A stretch of 24,190 nucleotides of DNA from a virus (IMGVR_UViG_3300045932_000138:1-24190); one strand, 5' to 3'. Numbered from the stretch's first letter, positions 7,250 to 16,096 are shown. Numbers and translations are program-made. The notes: generated by a model not told the origin, from the letters alone.

Positions 7250-7624
7250 GTGCGCGGGCGCGCGTGGGTCGCGGCGCTCGGCCTCGGGGCGGCCGGGTGT
7301 CTCAGCTGGCCGCGCCTGCCCGACGACGTGCAGATCGATCTCGAGGCGGACCGCACGGTCTGCCTCACCGCGAGCGCGACCCTCCGCAAGTCGGTGAAGA
7401 CCGGCGAGGACCCGCCCGAGGCCGCGGCCGCCCCGCCGGCCGCGGCCGCCCCGCCGGCCGAGCGCGAGACCGACGCCATCCTGCGCGGGCGCGCCATCGG
7501 GGAAGCGCTCAAGCGCTACTGCGTGCGCGGGACGGCGGGGGAGCGGCGCGCCTTCTGGGCCGCGCTCGAGGCGGCCGCGGCGCCGCACGGGGTGACCGTG
7601 TCGTGCCATCCGAAAGCCTGGTGA
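7250..7624 (+). CDS. Putative lipoprotein, 124 aa
   Basis: Signal peptide MRGRAWVAALGLGAAG|C with a lipobox-like Cys17; Ala/Pro linker. Confidence 0.65.
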   Translation: MRGRAWVAALGLGAAGCLSWPRLPDDVQIDLEADRTVCLTASATLRKSVKTGEDPPEAAAAPPAAAAPPAERETDAILRGRAIGEALKRYCVRGTAGERRAFWAALEAAAAPHGVTVSCHPKAW

Positions 7625-7881
7625 ACCTGCCGATCCGTCCCCCTGACTGGCCGCGCTGCCCGACGTGTGGGGATTACGCGCGGGTCGGGTGGATCACGTG
7701 CGGGCTGCCGGGCTGCCAGGAGCGCCGCTGGTCGGCGCGAGCGACGCTGCTCCTGTGTCCGCGCTGCGCGCATGCCGTGCTCGACCCCGTGGCGGCGATC
7801 GAGGGCTGGTGCCCGCGCTGTCGGGCGTGGACGGGCCCCCGGCTGGCCCCCCGCAGGGGCCGTTCCAACAAGTCCCAATAA
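7621..7881 (+). CDS. Zn-ribbon protein, 86 aa
   Basis: CPTC, CGLPGC, CPRC, CPRC; GTGA overlap. Confidence 0.6.
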   Translation: MNLPIRPPDWPRCPTCGDYARVGWITCGLPGCQERRWSARATLLLCPRCAHAVLDPVAAIEGWCPRCRAWTGPRLAPRRGRSNKSQ

Positions 7882-7911
7882 GTCCCATCGCGTCCCATCC
7901 CGTCCCATCTG
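7862..7911 (+). repeat. Five 10-bp-period direct repeats with core GTCCCA upstream of portal
   Basis: gttccaacaa/gtcccaataa/gtcccatcgc/gtcccatccc/gtcccatctg. Confidence 0.85.
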
Positions 7912-7959
7912 TAGGGAACCCTCTTGTGCGGGGCGGTCGCCGCCCGTTACACACTGGCG

Positions 7960-9528
7960 ATGCCTCCCGCGTTCACCGTGCCGCTGAGCTGGCCGCGCCG
8001 CTGGTGGGAGGCGCTGCGCGAGGTGCTGCGTCCCCTCGCGCCGCCGCCCGGCCTCCTCCCGCCGCCGCCGCCGCTGTCGGGCGGCCTCTGGTGGCCCGGG
8101 AGCGGCCCGAGCGGCAGCTATGCGGTGCTCTACCGGGCGCAGCCGCATGTGCGGACGGTGGTCGACTTCCTCGCCCAGCAGCTGGGGCAGCTCGGCATCC
8201 AGGTCTTCCGGCGGCTGTCCGACACGGACCGCGTGCGGGTGCACAACCACCCGCTCGCGCGCCTGCTGCGCACGCCGAATCCCGGCACGACGCGCGCCGT
8301 GTGGGTGAGCGCCCTCGTGCACGATCTGGGCGTCTTCGGCAATGCCTACGCGGTCAAGGTGCGCCGGCCGAACCGGCTCGAGCTCTACCGCGTGACCCCG
8401 GCCACCGTGCAGCCGCTGGGCGACCTCGTGCCGCGCGCCTTCGTGTGGACGCTGCCCGACGGCACGACGTTCCCGTTGCCCGCCTCCGAGGTGTTCCATC
8501 TGCGGCTCTACAACCCCGACGACCCGGTCGTCGGGCTCTCGCCGCTCGAGACCCTGCGCAAGGTCCTCGCCGAGGAGGCGGCGGCGAACGACTTCCGCAC
8601 GTGGTTCTGGGCGAACGGCGCGAAGCTCGGCGGCTGGATCGGCCGCCCGAAAGATGCGCCGAAGTGGACCGCCGAGCAGCGCGAGGATTTCCGCCAGCAG
8701 TGGGCGAACTTCGTCGGGCCGCGGAACGCCGGCAAGACGGCCGTCCTCGAGGACGGCATGGAGTTCACCCCGATCACGGCATCGGCGCGCGATTCGGAAC
8801 TCGTCGACGCCCGCAAGCTGACGCGCGAGGAAGTCGCCGCCGCCTATCACGTGCCGCCCGCGATGGTCGGCATCGTCGAGGCGCAGGGCTACGGCTCGCT
8901 GCGCGAGCAGCACAAGGCGCTCTACCAGGACACCCTCGGGCCGCTGGTGGCGCTGCTCGAGGGCGAGCTCGAGCGGCAGCTCCTGCCCGAGTTCAGCGAT
9001 AGCGACGAGGGCGAGGTCTACGTGCAGTTCAACATCAGCGAAAAGCTGCAGGGCTCGTTCGAGGAGGAGCAGCAGGCGCTGAGCGCCGCGACGGGGTCGC
9101 CCTACATGAGCCGCAACGAAGCGCGGGCGCGGTTGAACCTGCCGCGCATCAACGACGCCGCGTTCGACGTGCCGGTGACGCGGCTCGATCTGGCCGAGGG
9201 CCAAGCGGCGGCGCTGCGGCCCGTGGAGCCCGCCGTGCCGGCGGCGAGCCTCCCGACGCGCGGCGGGAGCGAGCCGCCCGCGCTGGACCCGTCGGCGGAT
9301 CGCATCATCCGCGCGCTGCGGGCGCTGCCGCGCGAGCTCGCCGAGACGCTGCCGGCCGCCGCCCCCGGGCGGTCCGGGCGCCGGGCGCCGCGCCGCATCC
9401 TGCGCGACGACCGCGGCCGGGTGCGGGCCTCCGAGGAGCTGGGCCCGGACGGCACGGTGATCCGGCGGGAGGTGTTCGTGCGCAACGCGCAGGGGCATGT
9501 GATCGAGATCGCCGAGACCGCGCGGTGA
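7960..9528 (+). CDS. HK97-family portal protein with C-terminal extension, 522 aa
   Basis: HPLARLLRTPNP, GNAY, EVFHLR..NP...VGLSPL, NAGKTAVLEDGMEF, EVAAAYHVPP.MVG, MSRNEARARLNLP. ATG 7960 preferred over TTG 7924. Confidence 0.96.
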   Translation: MPPAFTVPLSWPRRWWEALREVLRPLAPPPGLLPPPPPLSGGLWWPGSGPSGSYAVLYRAQPHVRTVVDFLAQQLGQLGIQVFRRLSDTDRVRVHNHPLARLLRTPNPGTTRAVWVSALVHDLGVFGNAYAVKVRRPNRLELYRVTPATVQPLGDLVPRAFVWTLPDGTTFPLPASEVFHLRLYNPDDPVVGLSPLETLRKVLAEEAAANDFRTWFWANGAKLGGWIGRPKDAPKWTAEQREDFRQQWANFVGPRNAGKTAVLEDGMEFTPITASARDSELVDARKLTREEVAAAYHVPPAMVGIVEAQGYGSLREQHKALYQDTLGPLVALLEGELERQLLPEFSDSDEGEVYVQFNISEKLQGSFEEEQQALSAATGSPYMSRNEARARLNLPRINDAAFDVPVTRLDLAEGQAAALRPVEPAVPAASLPTRGGSEPPALDPSADRIIRALRALPRELAETLPAAAPGRSGRRAPRRILRDDRGRVRASEELGPDGTVIRREVFVRNAQGHVIEIAETAR

Positions 9529-9620
9529 CGACGACCGCGCCCGGACGCGACCGGCTGAGTTCCCGCGCGTGGCGCTCGCGTACGCGGCGCGCAGTGGGCG
9601 TCACGCCCGAGGAGACACGG

Positions 9621-10013
9621 ATGCCGAAACCCGGGAAGGCCGACATGACCGTGAGCGTGGACATCAAGAACGCGGACGGCAGCAACTTCTGGGACTATCG
9701 CATGCGCTACTACGACCTCCCCCCGCAGTACGTGGTCGAGGTCGGGTCCGCGTGCCAGCAGTTCGCCACGTACATCGAGAACCTCCAGGGGACTGTCGGC
9801 TCCGAAGAGGGTCCCGGCTACATCGTCTCGTTCGACTACGACCTCGCCGGTCTCGCCATCCCCACCCCCTTCGAGAAGGCCGGGAAGGGGAAGGTGCGGG
9901 CGGATCGGCTGTCGTTCTCGCAGATGACGAAGGTGCAGGAGGACGGAATCACCATGCAGAACCGTCTCCTGAACGGCGCCCGGCTCGAGATCGCGTCGGG
10001 GCAACGTAGCTAG
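9621..10013 (+). CDS. Hypothetical protein, 130 aa
   Basis: SD GAGGAG before ATG 9621; codon usage matches the structural genes. Confidence 0.8.
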   Translation: MPKPGKADMTVSVDIKNADGSNFWDYRMRYYDLPPQYVVEVGSACQQFATYIENLQGTVGSEEGPGYIVSFDYDLAGLAIPTPFEKAGKGKVRADRLSFSQMTKVQEDGITMQNRLLNGARLEIASGQRS

Positions 10014-10015
10014 CC

Positions 10016-10447
10016 ATGCCCGCCGTCCTGCCCGACGAGGGCGAGGTACAGATGCTCGCGATCGCGCTCGGCATCGAGGCGCCCGAGACGCTCTCGCTGC
10101 GGCTGTTCGTCAACGACACGACGCCGGGCCTCGCGGACGTGACGGCCGATTACGTCGAGATGAGCGGCCACGGCTACGCGGCGAAGGCGCTCGCGGCCGG
10201 GGTCTGGACGCTCACGGCGGCCGATGCGGGGACGAACACCCCGGCGAAGGCGTCGGCGCCGGCCCAGCACTTCGTCTTCACCGCGGCCGGGGCGCCGGCC
10301 GATGTCTACGGCGCGTTCCTCGTCGGGCTGGACAGCGGGTCCCTGTGGGGCGCGCAACGGTTTCCGGATGCGCCGTATCACATCGAAAACGAGGGCGACG
10401 CGATCGAGGTCACGCCCACGGTACGGCTGCGGAGCGGGTATCCCTGA
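10016..10447 (+). CDS. Putative virion structural beta-rich protein, 143 aa
   Basis: LRLFVND.TP...YVEMSG.GYA...W...F...VYG pattern, similar in layout to 22935..23345. Confidence 0.7.
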   Translation: MPAVLPDEGEVQMLAIALGIEAPETLSLRLFVNDTTPGLADVTADYVEMSGHGYAAKALAAGVWTLTAADAGTNTPAKASAPAQHFVFTAAGAPADVYGAFLVGLDSGSLWGAQRFPDAPYHIENEGDAIEVTPTVRLRSGYP

Positions 10448-11943
10448 TGCCGCTGCCGCCCCGCCTGAATCCGCGGGCGTGGTGGGCGCCCGCGACGACG
10501 AGCGTGAGCCTCACGGCCGGCGAGCCGACGGCCGTCCCGGCGAATACGTATGTCGCGGATGTCGATGTCACGCTGACGCCGCACGTGGCGCCGGCGCTCG
10601 GGCTGAGTGCGCTGGTGCCGCCGACCTTGCCCACCGGCAGCGCGAACGCGCTGATTCGCGTGCAGGGCAGCGGGTTCACGCCGGCGAGCCGGATTTACTG
10701 GAGTAGCAAGCAAGGGGCGCTCGGCGGCGAGCCCGCCAGCGGCACGAGCTACGTGTCCGCGACGGAGCTGACGATGCGGACGGCGGCGGGCGGGCTCACG
10801 ACGGTGGGCCCGCGCTACGTCACCGTCGTGGACGGCGGCGCCCGCAGCAACACGCTCACCTTCCTCGTGACGGAGGAACCGCTCCCGCCGCAGGAGGAGA
10901 CGACCTATAACGGCGGGTATCCCTACGTCGAGACGCTGTATGCGCGGCTCGCCGCGCTGGCCGAGGCGTATCCCGAGCTGCGGGCGCTGACCTACGGGAT
11001 GAGCCACGCCAAGGCCGTGGGCGGCGTCACCATCCCGAACGGCGACCGCTGCCTCGGCTACGACCTCGTCCAGTACCAGCTCGGCGACCCGACGCACCCG
11101 ACCCTCTACTGCCGGTGGGGCGATCACGCCGACGAGATCGATCAGTCGCCGCTCGGCTACGAGTGGCTCGTCTGGCTCCTCACGACGGGCGAGGGCCGCC
11201 GCGTCTGGGAGACGCGCCACATCGTCAACGTCATCGTCCCGAATCCCGACGGCCTGTGGCTCGTGCAGAACGGCCCGCGTCACGGGCTCGCGCCGTACTT
11301 CTGCCGCAAGAACCTGGATTTCTCCGCGATGCCGGTCGGCGCCACGTGGGACCTCGGCGGGGTACTGGGCGAGGGCGAGGACCGCGACTGGTCGATGAGC
11401 GGGCTGCGCCCGAACCGCGAACGCTACCCCGGCGTGAATCTCAATCGCGTGTGGGGGAAGTACTGGGGCGAGCCGTCCACCTATGCCTCGAGCGACTGGT
11501 CGTCGCGCAACTTCTGGGGCACGGGCCCGATGGCCGCCATCGAGGTGGACGCGAGCGCGGCGGCGATCCGGGAGATCGCGGAGCAGGCGCCGCAGGGCCT
11601 CGCGCTGAACTTCCACGGGAGTCCCGTCGGGCGCGCCGTCGGCTATCCGTGGGGCGGGACGCTGAATCCGCACCCGCGCGAGCCGTATTACGCCGCGCTC
11701 GCGGGCCGGCTCGCCGCGCTCGTGGACTGCGACAGCGCGCAGATCAGCAAGGCGGAGATCAGCACCGTGCCCGCGCCGCGGCCCGGCTGCGTGGACGATT
11801 GGATCACCTGGGAAACGCGCTTCAGCGCGCTCCTCGTCGAGGTCAACGGCGACACGATCCAGCCGCCCTATGCGCGCGTGGCCGAGAACCTCGACCGCTA
11901 CCGGCCGCTCCTCGTCGAGGCGGCCCGCCTGGCGGGAGCCTGA
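10447..11943 (+). CDS. IPT/TIG (Ig-like) domain fused to an M14 zinc carboxypeptidase domain, 498 aa
   Basis: TIG: IRVQGSGFT...TSYVSATELT...VTVV...SNTLTFLV. M14: HADE, NPDG, RKN, GVNLNR, FHG and a late VEV. ATG in TGATG. Confidence 0.85.
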   Translation: MPLPPRLNPRAWWAPATTSVSLTAGEPTAVPANTYVADVDVTLTPHVAPALGLSALVPPTLPTGSANALIRVQGSGFTPASRIYWSSKQGALGGEPASGTSYVSATELTMRTAAGGLTTVGPRYVTVVDGGARSNTLTFLVTEEPLPPQEETTYNGGYPYVETLYARLAALAEAYPELRALTYGMSHAKAVGGVTIPNGDRCLGYDLVQYQLGDPTHPTLYCRWGDHADEIDQSPLGYEWLVWLLTTGEGRRVWETRHIVNVIVPNPDGLWLVQNGPRHGLAPYFCRKNLDFSAMPVGATWDLGGVLGEGEDRDWSMSGLRPNRERYPGVNLNRVWGKYWGEPSTYASSDWSSRNFWGTGPMAAIEVDASAAAIREIAEQAPQGLALNFHGSPVGRAVGYPWGGTLNPHPREPYYAALAGRLAALVDCDSAQISKAEISTVPAPRPGCVDDWITWETRFSALLVEVNGDTIQPPYARVAENLDRYRPLLVEAARLAGA

Positions 11944-11946
11944 GCC

Positions 11947-12663
11947 GTGGCCGGCATCCTGTTCAACGGCACCACGAGTAAGATCGAATGGACCAGCGGC
12001 ACCGGCCTCGACGTGCCGCAGTTCACCTTCCTCTGCTGGGCGCGGCCGAGCGGCTTCGGGGAGAACGGGCGCGGGCGCCTCTTCGGGGCGAGCGAGGCGG
12101 GCGGCGCGACGGAAGGGTTTGCGATTTTCAATCGCAACGCCGTCGCGGCCCTGAGCTTCCTGCAGGTGTTCACGCCCGGCCCGGTGCTGGCGCAGTGGGC
12201 CTGTGACTGGACCGTGGGCACGGGCGTCTGGCACCCCATCTCGATCACCTACGACCGGACGGCCACGGGCAACGACCCCGTCATGCGGGTCGATTTCGCC
12301 ACCGGGGCCAACTTCGTGCAGGTCCAGGTGCCCTCGGGCACCGCCGTCAGCCCCACCAGCGGCTACTGCATCGGCAACACCACGGCCCAGGACAGGACGT
12401 TCGACGGGGCGCTCATGCACATGCAGTTTCACCCCACGATCCTGAGCACCGCGAACCAGGACAAGGCCCTCAAGTATCCGGGCACGGTGCGCACGGTCAA
12501 CGCCCTGTGGTGGCCGCTCCTCACGAGCAGTTACACCCGGCACTTCTCCTGGAACGGCACATCGTGGGGCGCGATGGCCTCCATCGTCGCCACGGCGACC
12601 GCCACCCATACGACCGATAGCCCGGCCTGCCAGTCGATCAGTGTCCTGGGGCACGCGGTATGA
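11947..12663 (+). CDS. LamG/concanavalin-A-like jelly-roll protein, 238 aa
   Basis: ILFNGTTSKI, FTFLCWARP, WHPISITYD, YCIGN...FDGAL......ILS. Confidence 0.75.
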   Translation: MAGILFNGTTSKIEWTSGTGLDVPQFTFLCWARPSGFGENGRGRLFGASEAGGATEGFAIFNRNAVAALSFLQVFTPGPVLAQWACDWTVGTGVWHPISITYDRTATGNDPVMRVDFATGANFVQVQVPSGTAVSPTSGYCIGNTTAQDRTFDGALMHMQFHPTILSTANQDKALKYPGTVRTVNALWWPLLTSSYTRHFSWNGTSWGAMASIVATATATHTTDSPACQSISVLGHAV

Positions 12664-13613
12664 GCGTCACGAATGCCACGTACCTCGGGGACTTCACCCT
12701 GGGGGCCACCTTTGACTTCAAGTTCAACACGACGGACCTGACGGACACGACCGTCAACCTGACGGGGGGCACCGTCGCGTGCTACCCCGACAACTCGACC
12801 ACGGAGATCACGGCGGGCGTCACGCTCACCGTGACCTTCGATGGCCGCACGGGCCTGCACAACGTCCGCATCGTCGCGACGAGCGGCAACGGCTACGCCG
12901 CCGCCACGAACTACGCCGTGGTGCTGACCGCCGGCACCGTGGACACCATCTCGGTCGTGGGGCGCATCGTCGCGCACTTCTCCATCCAGAACCGCTCCAG
13001 CGGGGCCGGCGGGTCCGACCCGTGGTCGACGGCGCTCCCCGGCGCGTATGGCGCCGGCACGGCGGGCAACATCGTCGGCACGAATCTGAACGCCACCGTG
13101 TCGTCGCGGGCGAGCCAGACCAGCGTGGACGCCAAGGCCAGCCAGACGAGCGTCGATGCGGTGCAGGCGGATACGGACAACCTCCAGACGCGCCTGCCGG
13201 CGGCGCTCGTGGGCGGCAAGATGGACGCGACCGTTGCCGGTGTCGCCACGAGCGCGGCGCAGACCACCGCGCAGACCGACCTGACGGCCATCAAGGCGAA
13301 GACGGACACCCTGCCCACCGATCCGGCCGATGCGTCCGTCATCGCGGCGTCGTTCGCGACGCTGACGACGGCCATCGGCAACCTGAACGACCTGTCGGCG
13401 GCCGAGGTCTGGGACGCCGTCATCGAGGGCGCGGTCACGGCGCGGCAGAGCTTGCGCCTCGCCAACAGCGCGAATGGCGCGAAGACGGCCGGCCCGACGC
13501 CCGGCACGGCCGGCACCGTGACGATCCGCGATCTGGCCGATGGCAAAGCGCGCGTGACCGCCCCCGTCGATAGCAACGGCTACCGGACGGCCGTGACGCT
13601 GGATCTGACCTAA
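12660..13613 (+). CDS. Thr/Ala-rich putative virion fibre/appendage protein, 317 aa
   Basis: Beta-rich N-domain, helical stalk with ASQTSVDA x2 (13110-13160), IKAKTDTLP.DPAD, C-terminal TIRDL.D...RVTA.VD.NG.RT. Confidence 0.7.
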   Translation: MSVTNATYLGDFTLGATFDFKFNTTDLTDTTVNLTGGTVACYPDNSTTEITAGVTLTVTFDGRTGLHNVRIVATSGNGYAAATNYAVVLTAGTVDTISVVGRIVAHFSIQNRSSGAGGSDPWSTALPGAYGAGTAGNIVGTNLNATVSSRASQTSVDAKASQTSVDAVQADTDNLQTRLPAALVGGKMDATVAGVATSAAQTTAQTDLTAIKAKTDTLPTDPADASVIAASFATLTTAIGNLNDLSAAEVWDAVIEGAVTARQSLRLANSANGAKTAGPTPGTAGTVTIRDLADGKARVTAPVDSNGYRTAVTLDLT

Positions 13614-13615
13614 TC

Positions 13616-14026
13616 ATGTGGGCGTCCTCCTACTGGTCCGCCGGGTATTGGACGCGCGCGTATTGGGGCGCGGCGCCCGGGGCGGCCGGCCCCGCCGCCG
13701 CGACGCTCGCGGTCGCCGCCGTCGTCACGCTCGATCTGGCGGCGCGCTTCCTGCCGGTGGCCGGCAGCGGCCAGTTCACGGGCGGCGGCGTCTGGGTGTT
13801 CCCGAACCGCTGGCGCACCGCGTTCGATCTCGCGGTCGTCGTCACCGTCGGGCTGCCGGGGACGGCGACGCGCGCCGCGCCCCGGCCCGTCCGGTATCGC
13901 GCCCCGCTCGTGGTCGAGCTCGCCCCGACCCTGCGCGTGTCGGCGCACCACCTGGACTACGTCCGCGACGTGCTGATCCCGGAGGACGACGACCTGCTGC
14001 TGCTGCTCACGGGACGGGAGGGATGA
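13616..14026 (+). CDS. Hypothetical protein, 136 aa (N-terminal YW repeats, C-terminal EDDDLLLLL)
   Basis: MWASSYWSAGYWTRAYWG...; sits tightly between its neighbours. Confidence 0.65.
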   Translation: MWASSYWSAGYWTRAYWGAAPGAAGPAAATLAVAAVVTLDLAARFLPVAGSGQFTGGGVWVFPNRWRTAFDLAVVVTVGLPGTATRAAPRPVRYRAPLVVELAPTLRVSAHHLDYVRDVLIPEDDDLLLLLTGREG

Positions 14027-14030
14027 CGAG

Positions 14031-14822
14031 ATGACCCATAGCGAGCTCGGCGAGGTGATCGCAGAGGGCCAGCGCGTGCGGGGGCAGGCCCGGCGCCCGG
14101 AGCGCACGACGGCGCCCCGGTGGCGCCTGCGCGCGGAGGCGTCCGCCGCGGGCGCGCCCGCGGACCTGTACCTGTACGACGTGATCGGGTGGCCCGGCAT
14201 CGAGGCCGGCGCGGTGGTGGCCGAGCTCCGGAGCCTCGGCGCCCGGCCGCTCCGCGTGCATCTCAACTCGTCGGGCGGCGATGTCTTCGACGGGTTGGCG
14301 ATTTACAACACCTTCCAGCACCACCCCGCGCCCGTGGCCGTCCACGTCGAGGGCCTCGCCGCCTCCATCGCGAGCGTCATCGCGATGGGCGGCGCGTCGC
14401 TCTCCATGGCCGCCGCGTCGCTCCTGATGATCCACGAGCCGCACGCGCTCGTGATGGGGCCGGCCGGCGACATGCGCCACATGGCCGAGCTCCTCGACAA
14501 GACCGCCGGCCTGATGGCCGACGTGTACGCGCGGCGCGGCGCCGACCGCACGCAGATCCGGCATTGGATGTACGACGAGACGTGGTTCTCCGCATCGGAC
14601 GCGCGCGAGGCCCGGCTCATCGACACGATCGACGCGGGCGCGCTGCCCGACGAGGCGGCGGCGGCCTGGGCCGCCTTCGACCTCTCGGGCTTCCGCCGGC
14701 CGCCGGCGGCCCCGGCGCCGCCACCCCCCCGACCGTCACCCCGCGCACGGGAGTACGCGCGGATTGCTGCCCACGGATTCGAGCTCCTGGCGGGTGCTGG
14801 GGCACCCGCGCAGAAGGAGTGA
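14031..14822 (+). CDS. ClpP-type (S14) prohead maturation protease
   Basis: LNSSGGDVFDGLAIYN, GLAASIASVIAM (Ser), LMIHEP (His), ETWFSA. Confidence 0.95.
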   Translation: MTHSELGEVIAEGQRVRGQARRPERTTAPRWRLRAEASAAGAPADLYLYDVIGWPGIEAGAVVAELRSLGARPLRVHLNSSGGDVFDGLAIYNTFQHHPAPVAVHVEGLAASIASVIAMGGASLSMAAASLLMIHEPHALVMGPAGDMRHMAELLDKTAGLMADVYARRGADRTQIRHWMYDETWFSASDAREARLIDTIDAGALPDEAAAAWAAFDLSGFRRPPAAPAPPPPRPSPRAREYARIAAHGFELLAGAGAPAQKE

Positions 14823-14835
14823 AAAGAGGACGGCC

Positions 14836-16086
14836 ATGAACATTCGCACGGTACAGGACGAGATGCGCGAGGCCAACGAGCGGGTCCAAGCGCTGGTGGC
14901 GCTCGCGGAGCGCGAGGACCGCGACTTCACGCCCGAGGAGAGCGCCGAGAAAGACGCGCTGTTCGGCCGGATGCAGGCGCTCGATCAGAAGCGCCGCCGG
15001 GGCGAGGGCTTCGCCGAGCTGCTCGCGTCCGTGAAGGGGTTCCAGCCGCCGCCGCCGGCCGCGCCGCCCGCCGGCACGAACGGCCACGGGCACCACGGCT
15101 CGGCGGCGCCGCCGTCGAAGTCGCTCGGCGCGCAGTTCGTCGAGACGGACATCTACGCCTCGCTGCGCCGGATGCCGCGCTCGGGCCAGTGGGCCACGCC
15201 CACCGTCGAGCTCGAGGCGAGCGTCACCGTCAACCCGCCCGGCACGCTGATTCCGGGCGGCACCGCCATCCAGCCGTTCCTGCCGTACCCGACCGACTGG
15301 GGCGTGGCCGACCTGTTCGCGCAGGGCACGATGGACGGCGGGATGATCCAGTACCTGCAGGAGACGCTCTGGACGAACAACGCCGATGTCGTCGCCCCGG
15401 GCGCGGCCAAGCCCGAATCGCACAAGACCTTCGAACTCAAGCAGCAGGGGCTCGTGAAGATCGCCCACTGGATTCCCGTCGTCGACGAGTTCCTCGAGGA
15501 CGTGGCCGGGCTGCGGTCGTTTATCGACGCGCAGATGCTGAACGGCGTCGTGGAGAAGCTCCAGGACCAGCTCATCAACGGCAGCGGCGCGGGCGGCCAG
15601 ATGATGGGCCTGATCGCGCTGCCGGGCAAGACGCCGACGCTGCCCATGGGCACGGGCACCGGCGCGGCGGCGGCCGCCATCGCGACGCAGGCCGCCCAGA
15701 TCTACCAGACCTCCCGGCTGCGGCCCGACGCCGTCGTCATGTCGCCCTCGACGTGGGTGGGCGTGATGACGGAGACCTCGACGGCCGGCGGCTATCTCGC
15801 GGGCCCGGCCGCCTGGGCGTCGGGCGTCGAGCCACGCATCTGGGGCCTCCGCGTGCAGACGACGCCCGAGGTCGTGGACGGCACCGCCATCGTCGGCGCG
15901 TATGCCATGGGCGGGCAGCTGTTCCGCAAGGGGGGCGTCTCCGTCCAGGCCACCAACAGCCACGACGACTTCTTCGTAAAGAACATGACGGCGATTCGCG
16001 CGGAGGTGCGCGCGGCGCTCGTGGTCTACCGGCCGCAGGCGTTCGGGCTCGTCACCGGGTTGCCGGTGCTGCCCGCCGCGCCGTAA
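14836..16086 (+). CDS. Major capsid protein, HK97 fold, with N-terminal scaffold (delta) domain, 416 aa
   Basis: SD AGAGGA; GAAKPES, KIAHWIPV.DEFLED, QLINGSG, RIWGLRV, DDFFVKNMTAIRAEVR.ALVVYRPQAF. Confidence 0.96.
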   Translation: MNIRTVQDEMREANERVQALVALAEREDRDFTPEESAEKDALFGRMQALDQKRRRGEGFAELLASVKGFQPPPPAAPPAGTNGHGHHGSAAPPSKSLGAQFVETDIYASLRRMPRSGQWATPTVELEASVTVNPPGTLIPGGTAIQPFLPYPTDWGVADLFAQGTMDGGMIQYLQETLWTNNADVVAPGAAKPESHKTFELKQQGLVKIAHWIPVVDEFLEDVAGLRSFIDAQMLNGVVEKLQDQLINGSGAGGQMMGLIALPGKTPTLPMGTGTGAAAAAIATQAAQIYQTSRLRPDAVVMSPSTWVGVMTETSTAGGYLAGPAAWASGVEPRIWGLRVQTTPEVVDGTAIVGAYAMGGQLFRKGGVSVQATNSHDDFFVKNMTAIRAEVRAALVVYRPQAFGLVTGLPVLPAAP

Positions 16087-16096
16087 AGGCGCGGCC

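Noticed and set aside
7862-7911. Short repeats as a CRISPR array (also 1400-1441 and 309/714)
   Set aside because: No unique spacers, wrong unit sizes, and no cas genes.
9529-9620. GC-rich intergenic palindromes (CGCGTACGCG, GGGCGTCACGCCC) as a terminator or ncRNA
   Set aside because: Short stems, no U-tract, and expected by chance at this GC content.
10447-11943. M14 protein as the endolysin
   Set aside because: No adjacent holin and no typical cell-wall-binding domain, and it is embedded among structural-type genes. Not excluded, but unsupported.
11947-13613. Diversity-generating retroelement target or contractile injection system
   Set aside because: No reverse transcriptase, TR/VR pair, sheath or baseplate genes seen in the window.
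14031-14822. Host housekeeping clpP
   Set aside because: Sits directly before the capsid gene, so it is the phage prohead protease.
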